Shown piece after piece: positions 12,715 to 24,228 of a DNA stretch of 64,000 bases; within the stretch, counting starts at the first letter, position 1, and the number at the start of each line of letters is the position of its first letter. The DNA comes from Okamejei kenojei (taxonomy: Eukaryota). The translations under genes and the position numbers were made by a program. Below the pieces are notes generated by a model. That model had not been told where the DNA came from and did no database searches. It saw only the letters and a list, made by a program, of their open reading frames with translations. The stretch is taken from contig CM069136.1 in NCBI GenBank assembly GCA_035221665.1, positions 103,602,001 to 103,666,000 on the forward strand. Reading direction: 5' to 3'.

Positions 12715-12998
12715 GAACCGCTCTAAACTGATCTCCAGGAAATACTTCGAGATCCCCAACACCCACTGTTGATGCCTGCACACATATATCTCGCATTTCA
12801 ATTATATTAGAGAAGCGATTTGTCGTAAACTAGTTCCGTCCCACTTGAAGCGCTCTATCCCTAACTATTCTCGTGTGCGAATCAGCGTGCCTCTCTCTCT
12901 CTGATGCGAGTGTAAAGGGTGCCATTTGATTTATTCCTGGCTGGAAACTTAATTGCTCCGCCCCCGGGATACCGTGTGACAAGTCATTTCTCCTTTTG

Positions 12999-13078
12999 AT
13001 GTGTATGTGTGTGTGTGTGTGTGTGTTATGTGTGTGTGTGTGTGTATGTGTGTGTGTGTGTTATGTGTATGTGTGTGT
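12999..13078. repeat. Imperfect (TG)n tract, about 80 bp
   Basis: Seen directly. Confidence 0.9.
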
Positions 13079-13306
13079 TTATCCGGCGGACCTGCTCTCC
13101 GAGAATCTTAAACATAACTTCATCAAAGCCTGCGCTGGCCTCCTGAGTAGAGAGCGAGAGAGAGACAACTTTGATCAAATACAGAGCCAACACTGAGCGT
13201 TTTTTTTGTTTTTGTTTTTTTTTGTTGTTCAATGATTCTTGGTTCTTATAAAAAGGAGAATTGAGGCGCTTGGGTGTTCTACCAAATTCTATATGTACCA
13301 GCGACC

Positions 13307-13845
13307 ATGGCCACGCCGATGGCTCTGATCCCGCCCGCTCCGGTGAATCAGACTCTGATCGCGACCCCTTCCTCCTCTTCCTCCTCCTCATCTTCTTCCT
13401 CTTCTTCCTCGCCGGCCATCTCGTCCATTCCTGCGTCCTCGGCGACTGGCGGCGGAGGGGGCGCCGGGGCAGCACAGACTCTCTACCGAGCGGACGGGAG
13501 CTCCAAGCCGGTTTACTCCACGCCGTCTCCGGTGGAGAACACACCGCAGAACAACGAGTGTAAAATGGTCGAGCTGCGAGCGGCCAAAGTGGCCTCGTTC
13601 ACCGTGGATGGACACGAGCTCATCTGTTTGCCTCAGGCTTTCGACCTGTTCCTCAAGCACCTGGTCGGGGGGCTTCACACTGTCTACACCAAATTAAAGA
13701 GGCTGGATATTACACCGGTGGTCTGCAATGTGGAACAAGTGCGCATTCTCCGAGGGCTGGGGGCAATCCAGCCCGGGGTGAACCGCTGTAAACTGATCTC
13801 CAGGAAAGACTTCGAGGTCCTCTACAACGACTGCACCAATGCCAG
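13307..13845 (+). CDS. DACH1: Dachshund homolog 1, coding exon 1 (low-complexity N-terminus plus Ski/Sno/Dac DACHbox-N/DD1 domain)
   Basis: ATG in strong Kozak context (gcgaccATGG). Translates MATPMALIPP...KPVYSTPSPVENTPQNNECKMVELRAAKVASFTVDGHELICLPQAFDLFLKHLVGGLHTVYTKLKRLDITPVVCNVEQVRILRGLGAIQPGVNRCKLISRKDFEVLYNDCTNA. KPVYSTPSPVENTPQNNECKMV, PQAF and VCNVEQ match DACH1 rather than DACH2 as I recall those proteins. Ends at a canonical donor AG|GTAAGT (phase 2). Confidence 0.95.
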
Positions 13846-16800
13846 GTAAGTGTCCCGCTGGCGCAACCAAGGCTTCCCCCACCCCAGCACTGTGAAAGTG
13901 AAAGTTTCATTCTTAATTTTAAATCGGCAGGAACTAAAGTTCCTGAAAAGCGAGAATAACATTTCACACTCGGAGGGAAAGACGGGGAGTGGGGGTATAG
14001 GGGGGGGGGGGGGGGGGGTTGCGGTCAATGGGTGCGAGGGCTTGGTTAGTTTCAGCCCCCTCTTGCCAATCGCATCGTTAAAGCGGTGAGTTTCACAGCG
14101 GGACTCTCTCCGGGGAAGCTCTGTCCTGCCACTTCTTCATTGCAGTTCCCTGGGACACGCTTCTGACTCTGACACACTTCACCCACATCCAAGTTCAGCG
14201 TTTCTCCGCGAACACGCTGCGGGTTCCTGCGCTCTTCGCGCTATCAGCGCCACCTGTTTGATGTGCTCCCTCCTTCCACTGCAAGTAGCCAGAACTAATG
14301 AAGGTTTATAAAAATAAAAACTCAAAAGCACGAGCTTCCCGTTTATCGTCGCCCCCACCCCCTCCCCCCACCCCACTCCACTCCAGTTTAGAGACTAGAT
14401 CTAAAGAGAGAGGAGCAAAGACTCAGCGGGTCAGGCAGCATCGCTGGGGAAGGAACTACGAATTAATGTTGCCGTTTAATTAGCCTTTCATCGCCTGTTA
14501 TTATCGGATTTCATCTTTCCAATAGCTGCTGCCAATCTTATCACAGGGCGCACGTTAGGCGGTTTTAAATGGTTCGCTTTCTTTCGGTCAGAGGTTAGAA
14601 CTGATGTAAGGAAAGAAGTTTGTTCACAAGCGAAAGCATGTTCGGTCAGCTTTCGTGGAAACTTTGGTAGTGTTCTGTTCTGTGGAGTAGAGAAAGATAT
14701 CCGAAGAGAACTTTAAGCTTTCACACCCCGCCTGGTTTCTCCAATCTACCTCGCACACCTTATCGCAGAACAATTAAACAACTCCGTGCTCATATCGCCA
14801 TATGAGCCCACGTCTGTCTCCTCTCAGGAACATATGTTCCGGCGAGTACGCATATCGGGGAAATTCTGAATTATATTCATGGTACATTTTACTTTGAAAT
14901 AATTCAAAATAAAATTCTTCACTTTTGCTGTTATTTTTAGTTCAAACTAATGTTTAATCTGATTTAGGAAAAAAAAATCTACTAAATCCTTGAGTAATAA
15001 TTAGCCACATCAGTTGAAAGAGAGATAAGATGTAAGCGACTTATTTTTCTTATTACTTTTAATGTACGGTTTCATGAATAAATGTTTCAAGTAATAGAAA
15101 CCCATTGAGTGCATTCTCGCTAATATGATGTGTTGCAAAATAACAGGCTGTACCAGATGGCTGCCAACAATTGTGCATTTACACCACCCATTAATAGCTT
15201 CACTTTGATCTTTTTATGCTTTAGAATATATGGCACATCGCTGAGTTCTGACGTGTACGTTGTACTGTGCCCTTTAATGATCCATATCAATTTAAAAGAG
15301 TCTGGCAGTATCACATGTTGCAAGAACAACATTCACAACACCCACACTGGTGTCTTCCTTTGCCCTCATCAGGTTTCTGTTGATCTAAAGTAATAGGGCC
15401 GGCACTGTGTTTCGTGTTTTTAGTCAAAATGACTTCATGCAAGAGCTAAATTTATAATTTGCAGGAATACAGAGTTAAATTGATACTTTTCAATACCATG
15501 CACTATCCCTTATCCTGTTATGTTTCACTGAAGAATCCATTAGTGTATTAAAAGTGTTGGTATCTTTTCCTGAACAATGCGGTCTAATGTTCAGTAAAAC
15601 AATCTTACCTCATGAAAGAGTTGCTTCAAAATATGTTACCTTGATGACACCTCTGTTGAAAGTTGTCATAGCTTTTGATAAAAGCATGATTAAATGGGTG
15701 ATCTTTAACCTCCCTTGTTATCTGGCTACTGCAGTATCATTCCACAGATTTAAAACTTAAATTTAAAATGATTCTTGTTGGGGTTTTTTTGAGGGGGAGT
15801 GTTTTAGTTTTAGCTGAGTTGTAAGCATAATTAGACCATGGATAGCTTAAACCAACGAGACAAGGTTACAACATCTTGCTCAGCCACATCTGTCATTTAA
15901 TGCTTATTGTTTCACAGAGAGCTACAGATCAATTTACCCTTCAGGATGATCAAAATAGCTTTGGCAATGGAATTATTAAAATGAGTCCATGTTATGCAAT
16001 TCGTCAGCGGCTCAATAATTTTTTGCAAAGCATAACTTAACCTGCCTCACATTGACACAGCTCATAATCATAATAGTGATTTCTTGTGGTCCACCAATAA
16101 GTGTAAAATACTGTTAAAGCATTTTCTAGATTACTGAGTGACCATGGAAATCTCTACACATCAACGAGCACCTCTTGAATTACTTCATAGTGAGTGGAAG
16201 TTTTGCACATGCAGTCATCAAGTAAATTAGCCGTGTGATGCAAGGAAATACAAAATACGGGTAGTCTGAAAATCTTTGTGATTAATATTTTTATTGCTGT
16301 AAATGATTAGGCACACATTTAATCATCAATGACTACTATTATATATCTTAACCATTCAGTATTGGAATGGTTAAGATATGTTAAAAAAAAACAGCAATGT
16401 GATTTTTGAAGATGTATATGAAAATAATAATAATTTCATGCTCAATAGGAGGAACTTGCCTAATATATCATCATAACCCATTACTGACTACTAAGGTGCA
16501 AACATCTGATTTTACTTATTTTTAACATTAGCATGATAAGACAAGGTGGAATAATTTCTAGAAAAGTATGAATCCTGTTCCGTAACGGTACCCAAAAAAT
16601 GTTTGTCTGATATTCTGCACACATTATTTCAACAGATCAATGGCTAATTATAACATTTCTATATTTGGATAATCTAGGTGAGCCTGAACAAAGTGCATTA
16701 CATCATATTTCATTGGTGTCATAAAGAAAGAGCATTCCTTGTAGGGTTGAGAAATAATATTCTGTTCAATGTACACACTACAAATGTTCTTATTAGTAAA

Positions 16801-19800
16801 GTCGTTTGCCAGATCATTGTACATTTTAGTTTTAGGTCAAAATTTCAATACTACATTTTACTATTAAAACATGTCATTGGAACCTTATTTTCTGTGTGCA
16901 GTTCTCAAATGATACAATTAAAAAAATGTTATATCCTAAAGAAAGTCAGAAAGAACATTATTGAATTCTAGTCGTACTTTCAAAATATTCTTCAGTTGGA
17001 TATTCTTCTGTATAATTTCAAATTGATGAAGGTAATGATTGGGAGTCTTTGTGTTCTTGTACAGGACTGTGAGCACATTTACTCTCCAGGAATTATCCAA
17101 ATATGCTAACACATGAAAATTTGTTCCACCAAATGATTCATTCCAAAATAAAATGTGTTAAAATGTCCAATTTACATGCTTAAATATTGTATTATCTTTA
17201 TTTTGCAATAACGGATCTAGCAATGGATTACAGAACTTGGCTTGCTTGCTTGCCCAACATAAGATTGTTACTCTTCCTAAAGACAGTCTTTAAGACATCA
17301 CCTAGTTTGAAAAAAAATCTCCAAAGAAAGCCAAATCTGCTCAATGACAATAGCAACATGTCATGTAGAACAGAACGTCTACAAAGACACAGGCAGCAAA
17401 TGATCCAATAAGTAAAGATTGTCATGATGTCTGTAGTTGAATTCCAATTGAAATTGATTGCATAAAGTGAGAGACTGAAAATTCGAGTATTTTGTTTGAA
17501 TTGATACTTGCAGTAGCATCAACAATTTACTTTGCTTGGTCCAAAGTGTTCACATTGGTTTTGCATCAAGAGAGTACTAACATTCCACTAAATGTTACGT
17601 ACAAGCATCCAGAGACTTATAACTCTTTCCTGCTTGCTAACTGCTCAAACTGCAATTTAATGCCAAGATGCAAAAAGAGTAACCCAAAACAGATCTTTAA
17701 TGCACTACCTAACATGTTTTCTTGCGCTCTTGTGCTCATACATAATCTTCATAGGGTCAAGGGTTCTTCTGTGAGGGAAGGAATAGGAAGGAAACAAGTG
17801 TGACAGTTTGATATGTCAATTGGTATGCTATATTTGACATAGTCACTTGAATGTGACATAACTTAGGTTTTTCTTTATATAATGTATATAGGTAGGAGCT
17901 CTGTTTATATGTAATGGAACCACAACTGACACTGAGAGGTAAGTATGCCTTTGGTTAAAATTGCTGTACAATCTCATATATTGGGCTTATCTCATACATA
18001 GAAATACAGTTTGATTCGGGGAGAAAAATATATTTGTCCAAAAAAACCCAAAATCTGATTAGCCTACTATTAATAAAGATCTGAATAATGTACGGATGCA
18101 AATTGTAAGCTGCCAACAAGCATTTGAGCAGGTTGGACTGCTTTTAGTAAGCATTTATTTTTATTACATTAACCAAAAATGTCCTTAACATTTTTGGTGC
18201 TTCTGCAATAATCAGCTTTATTTTGACTCTCTGTGTAACAATAAGCTAGTATCAAAATAAAAATGTAAGACATTTAGAACAACCAAAATATTACTATATT
18301 ATGTCATTTCACCAAATAAACCTCATATTTCATGTAACAGGATTTTGGAGCCATTGTAAGGAGTATAGTTATTAACAGGAAGAGCACAGTGAGGAAACTT
18401 GATAGTCGAAGATTACTTGGACCTCATTGAACAAACAATGATAAAACCATTACAAAACTTTTTTCCTGAACGTGTGTGAGGGTGAAAATTCCTTTAAATG
18501 TTCCATCTTGACACAATTTTAGATTTATGAAACAGACTTTTACGTTATATTACTTGATGAACTCTAATTGTACTCATCAGAAAGTGATGTCATGATAAGT
18601 GGATCTTCACTCATATCGCCTAACGGTAACCAAAATTCATAACAAAATATATGATGTACCTGCAAAGTCTGGCTGATTGAATCCTAATTGTATATGAATA
18701 TGAATCAGTACTGAGCAATACGGGAATGATAATTTCTGGAAAAGATAATTGTAATAAACTCTCTATGTTACTGAATATGGAGCGAGGGGGAAAAGGGATA
18801 GTGATACTATCTTTTCTTTAACACAATGGTACAAGGGAGTTTAATGATAGGATGGTAGTTAGCCGATACTGTCACACACAAGTCTGCAATTGCCTTTGAA
18901 AGCACATGGTAGTGGTAGATTGAATTAAATCACAATCGCTCTGGACTATTTCAGGAACCTTTACATCACAATTGAAAGCTTGTTTGCACACTCAATCAGA
19001 ATTCAATTCATCTTCAATCAGATTGTATTCTTGCTTTGTAATACCGTCCGGCTCCATTGGTCTTTCAGAGACTCACTAACTCAGTGATGGTTTCCACTGG
19101 GTTATATATTTGCGGCCAAGATGTATCATAAGAAAGGTTTTGGTTTCCAAGTACTATCACAAATCAAATCACTTTGGAAGGACCTGCTAAAATGGGATCA
19201 TCTTTAGGTGTCCTATACAAAAAATTGTTGGACCTAACAAAATTAAAGCATTCATGCCATTCTTCTGGGTACTTTATTTTGAAGATCGTCCAACAAAGTT
19301 TGCAACATTTCATGATCACATGTCTGAAAATACCTCAAGATTGGAGGCAGGCATCGACATCTTATGCATTCTTAATAAGCTTGCAAATGTGAATGGTATG
19401 AACATAACTCAAGATGTTACAAGAAAAAAATGCTAAGTCTGCCCCTTGACTTAAGACTGGCCATCGTAAGCATCAATGGAAAGTAAAATTGTAGAGATCA
19501 CGTATTTCTCCAACTTTACTGGCTTCACCTTTATTTTTTAATCTCTCAGATAGACTGCTGTTTTCGAAAATACAAACATTACTACACGCTGGAAGTCCAG
19601 TGCTTACGGGAAAGATCAAGAACAGGAATGTTTAAGGGAACAGTGAGGAATAACAGAGCTATGGTGGTATTTTGGTATTGTTGCATTGCAAAGAGTACTA
19701 TGGTGCTTTGATCATTTTCGGGACTGGCCATTCCAACTCTCATAGGAGACAGAGGAGACAGAGCAATGAGCATTGCACATCAGCAGTGTTTTGGGTGTGC

Positions 19801-22581
19801 TTTGGTGCGTGAGATAAGAAAGTTGAGACAATTAGAGACCAACATTTAGCAAAGGAGGGAGGAGATGTGCCCTTCATCCAAGAGAGCATAGTGAAAATGC
19901 ATGCTAACATAGTAGATGCGCAGCTTCTAGGCTAGCAATCATTCACATGGAAGAAACAACGTAAGGTCAGTGGAGTTGAGATATAGTGTGCAGATATGAG
20001 ATAATTTAATAAATTGATTCAATGTTAGTCAAGACAAAATGATGCAGTCTGATCCCAATTTTCAGAATGCTTTCGTAGATTGGGAATTTAGGCTCTCACT
20101 GGAACAAATATAAACAGCGGCATAATGTCTATGAGGAAGCTTAATTCTGTTACATGTATGAGAGATTAAGAATACAGCAATCACTGCATTGTTTTGGCGC
20201 AGCTATGGAAAAATAGAATTAAAAAGTTCATAGTTACCAATGCGCATTGCTTTTCTACAACGGAACGAACGGGAGCTACAACATTTACTTTTGTACTTTT
20301 ATACCCTGTGCTCTTTTTCATTTAAACTGCCGCGCTGAATTGTTTCGTGCTACTTTGGAGAGCTGATGAACACTTACCTCAAATTCTTTGCTGTCCCAAA
20401 GAAAGATGTTATTAATTAATACCATGCTTCAATGGAAAACAAGTCTTTGGTCCGTACAATTCTGAGTAGTACTCCATTAACTCCCATCTCCTGCCTCCTC
20501 CCCTATGCAAACACATATTTTGTCCATTACTTGTGCCCCACCATCTCTCCCCCACTCCTTCAACTTCACTTCCTTCCTTCCCTATCTATTTAGGATGTAA
20601 TTCGCGACTATGAATAATCCAACTGTGCCACCAATATCTTCAAATCATGCACTGACCTTCTCAAAATGTCCAATGCACTGTCGTTAACGATTCAGTTGAT
20701 GCCTGGTGAAATAATTTTTCACGGAGAGGGGAAACCATGACTGCTAATTGCATTGTAATATCACTGTCATGTATTTTTGAATGCATTACTGTTGGGTAGT
20801 GAATTAGTGAATAAATCAATTATGGTGACCAAAGGCACATTCTGCGGGTATATGAAGACTGATCAGATCAGCGGGATGTTTTGCACAAATGTGTGCAACT
20901 GACCTTAATTTGAATGTTAATTGTGACTACCCCTTTCCAAAACAAAACATTCTAAATGAACACATCTCCACTCCCTTTTATTGCAATATCACTTAGCTGA
21001 CATCCTCACGCGGAGAAGACTTGAAGGAGACAGGAACCGGGTCTTGGTTAGGCGTGTGCTTAATATGGTCACGTACAGAAATTGATTTTCTTCAGAAATT
21101 AATTAATTTTTCATATCGCCCTAAGCTGCAGTTAAAAAGAGTGCACACTTGCCTGTTTTTTTTTGCAGAAATATTGCCTAATCATATTAATACGATTGCC
21201 CTAAGGGTGGAAAGATAATTGTACAAACGCATTTGGAAATATGTATCACTGAGTATTTATGATTAAATTATGCAAATCGCCCATCTCCCATCCTTTCTAG
21301 CTGCGGATCCTCTAATTAGGATTGATATGCTGAATAGATGTTGCTGAATCTAGATACAAGCATGACCAAAAAGCATAAAATTGGAAATGACAGGGCTGGA
21401 ATTTAAGAAACTATCTCTCCACTCATTTCCAAACTTTGTAGCATAGCAAAGCTATAAGAATGAATGTTCCAATGAAATGTTAATGTATCATCTTTCAGCA
21501 TTGGGGAGGTACTCCACACGCTTTCCAGTTCTCTGGCCCTTGCTTTTTCATCTGAGCGATTACGAATTGCTGTGGTTAATACATTTCAGCTTTTGTCTTC
21601 GAGTGTCTTGCCGGAGAAAGAGTTGGGGTGGGGGAAACAGTCAACAGTTTCAGCGGGGATGTCAGAAACAGCTCCTTTCTCATGTTAAAAAAAAAACTTA
21701 ACCCGGGTAGGCTGAAACCCGGCCTACCGATTGGTCGGAAATGCGGCGACTGCTATGTCGCTCCAGCATTAACCCTTTATTTCAGATGTGAAATAGCGAG
21801 AGGGCGTTATCATCAGAGATCGCGCGGTCGAGATTAACGACCAGTCAGCTGATTTCCGTAATTTACCATGGAAGAGTTCTGTTGGAATCTGCAAACAGGG
21901 ATGGACTTCAGAACATCTCCAGATAAAGAAAAGGAGAGGTGGGTGGGTGGGTCACCTAGGCAACTGGAGAACTTACTCTCTGAAAGGATTCAACAATCTC
22001 ACAACTGGTCAGAAAGATTGCGGAGTAGAAAGATTGCGGATATTTATGTTGCACTTCGAAATTGCAAACGTAAGGATGAGGAGATTTGCTTCTCCGCAGG
22101 TAGCTAGCCCCCATTCTATCGACATTAGCTCCCTTTTGGTTACAGACACACACAGAATACCGCGATTCGCGCTTTAAGGCAAAAACTCTGGTAACATACA
22201 AGGCGAGTGCATGTCGCTGCAAATATCCCTTGTTACAGAGTGCGGAAGAAATGGTCAGGTCTCACCGCTATGGATTCTTTTAGCAGAATCCCTGCAAAAA
22301 AAGTAAATATTTTCATTAACTGGGTGGCAGAGGAGTTTAATGCGCATTCTGGTTTTCAGTCGAGAGACTGGACATTGCAATTTATTGATAGCGTGGAGCA
22401 CTCTTCGAAGCCCTTGAGCCTCGCATGTTTTCCCAACCCGTTGTATCTGAGCAGCCGGCCGAGTTGTATTTACAACCACTCAGGTTGGAAACACTTTGCT
22501 TGCTGGTCAGACACGATTTGAGGGAAAGTGGAACGGGGATCAACGTTTCAGGTTGATCTTCGGCCTGAATCATTAACTCTG

Positions 22582-24052
22582 ATTCTCCTGAGAGAATGGG
22601 TTGGCAGACAGGAAACAAAGAATAGGAATAAACGGGTCCCTGTCAGAATGGCAGGCAGTGGAGAGTGGAGTGCCTCAAGACTCGGTGCTGGAGCCGCAAC
22701 TATTTACAATATATTTTAATGATTTAGATGATGGCATTAAAAGTAACACTAGCAAATTTGCAGATGACACAAAGCTGGGTGATAGTGTGAACTGCGAAGA
22801 GGATGCTAGGAGGTTGCAGGGTGACTTGGGCAGGTTGGGTGAGAGGGCAGATGCATGGCAGATGCAGTATAATATAGATAAATGTGAGGCTATCCGCTTT
22901 GGCGGCAAGAACAAGGAGGCGGATTATTATCTCAATTGTGTCAGATTAGGAAAAAGGGAAGTGCAACAGCAGGCAGTGAAGAAAGCTAATGGCATGTTGG
23001 CTTTCATAACGAAAGGATTTGAGTATAGGAGGAAAGAGGTCCTTTTGCAGTTGTACAGGGCCCTGGTGAGACAACACCTGGAGTATTGTGTGCCGTTTTG
23101 GTCTCCTAATTTGTGGAAGGACATTCTTGCTATTGAGGCAGTGCAGCGGTTCACGAGGTTAATCCCCAGGATGGCGGGACTGTCATATGAGGAACGATTG
23201 GAAAGACTGGGTTTGTATTCACTGGAATTGAGAAGGATGAGAGGACATTTATAGAAATATATAAAATTATAAAAGGACTGGACAAGCTAGATGCAGGAAA
23301 AAAATTCCCAATGTTGGTCGCCTAGTTATAGGAAGGATGTCAACAAAATAGAGAGAGTACAGAGGAGATTTACTAGAATGTTGCCAGGGTTCCAGCAACT
23401 ATGTTACAGAGAAAGGTTGAACAAGTTAGGTCTTTATTCTTTGGAGCGCAGAAGGTTAAGGGGGGACTTGATTGAGGTCTTTAAAATGATGAAAGGGATA
23501 GACAGAGTTGACGTGGATACGTTTTTCCCATTGAGGGTAGGGAAGATTCAAACAAGAGGGCATGACATGAGAATTAAGGGACAGAGGTTTCGGGGTAACG
23601 TGAGGGGGAACTTCTTTACTCAGAGGGTGGTGGCTGTGTGGAATGAGCTTCCAGCAGAAGTGGTGGAGGCAGGATCGATTTTAACATTTAAGAGTAAAGT
23701 GGATAGGTATATGGACGTGAAGGGAATGGAGGGGTATGGTCTGAGTGCAGGTAGATGGGACTAGGGGAAAACAAATGGTCGGCACGGACTGGAAGGGCCG
23801 AGAGGGCCTGTTTCCGTGCTGTAATTGTTATATGGTTATATGGTTATATGGTTAATGTTGGGGGAGTTCAGAACCAGGGGCCACAGTCTAAGAATAAAGG
23901 GGAGGCCACCTTAACTGAGAAAAAAAAAAATTTCACCCAGAGACTTGTGAATTTGTGGAATTCTCTGCCACAGAAGGCAGTATAGGCCAATTCACTGGAT
24001 GAATTTAAAAGAGAGTTAGATAGAGCTCTCGGGGCTAGTGGAATCGAGGGAT

Positions 24053-24084
<32 letters not shown>

Positions 24085-24228
24085 GGGGGGGGGGGGGGGG
24101 GGGGGGGGGGGAGAGGCAGGCACGGGTTACTGATTGTGGATGATCAGCCATGATCACAATGAATGGCGGTACAGACTCGAAGGGCCAAATTGCCTCCTCC
24201 TGCACCTATTTTCTATGTTTATATGTTT
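22582..24228 (+). mobile_element. CR1 LINE RT fragment (outer element)
   Basis: ORF 22601-23254 carries RT motifs SGVPQDSVL, IYFNDLD and KFADDTKL, then LYRALVRQHLEYC. It resumes after the nested copy at 23854 and ends in a tttctatgtttatatg tail. Confidence 0.92.
23318..23853 (+). mobile_element. CR1 LINE of a second subfamily, nested in the first
   Basis: WSPSYRKDVNKIERVQRRFTRMLPG...FFTQRVVAVWNELP, with a (GTTATATG)n tail. TSD aatgttgg at 23310-23317 and 23854-23861. Confidence 0.92.

Larger units (their letters stand above)
7600..14870. promoter_or_regulatory. Broad CpG-retaining domain spanning the DACH1 promoter, 5' UTR and exon 1
   Basis: CpG is visibly frequent here at moderate GC, against near absence at 3600-6300 and 15500-20000. 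Almost free of transposons. The TSS cannot be placed from sequence. Confidence 0.65.

Noticed and set aside
13247-13254. TATA box (TATAAAAA)
   Set aside because: It would imply a 5' UTR of only about 30 nt in a CpG-island-type promoter, and the motif follows a T-rich tract. Not supportable without TSS data.
13274-13306. ORF track start at GTG 13274 and stop at 13849
   Set aside because: The real start is the Kozak ATG at 13307. The TAA stop lies inside the GTAAGT donor, so the ORF is a spliced exon.
13026-13678. Antisense and alternate-frame ORFs over exon 1
   Set aside because: Shadow ORFs of GC-rich, Ser-repeat coding sequence and microsatellites, with no recognisable domain.
16343-16379. 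Pre-miRNA
   Set aside because: Only 37 nt with no extended lower stem, too short for Drosha/Dicer geometry.
22601-23764. RT-like ORFs as functional genes
   Set aside because: 5'-truncated CR1 fragments with deletions and frameshifts. The same applies to 27517-28011 and 62449-63003.
24053-24111. Poly-G run of about 58 nt as a G-quadruplex element
   Set aside because: It replaces a short GGGG in the CR1 consensus. Homopolymer expansion or a sequencing artefact is more likely, and the length is unreliable.
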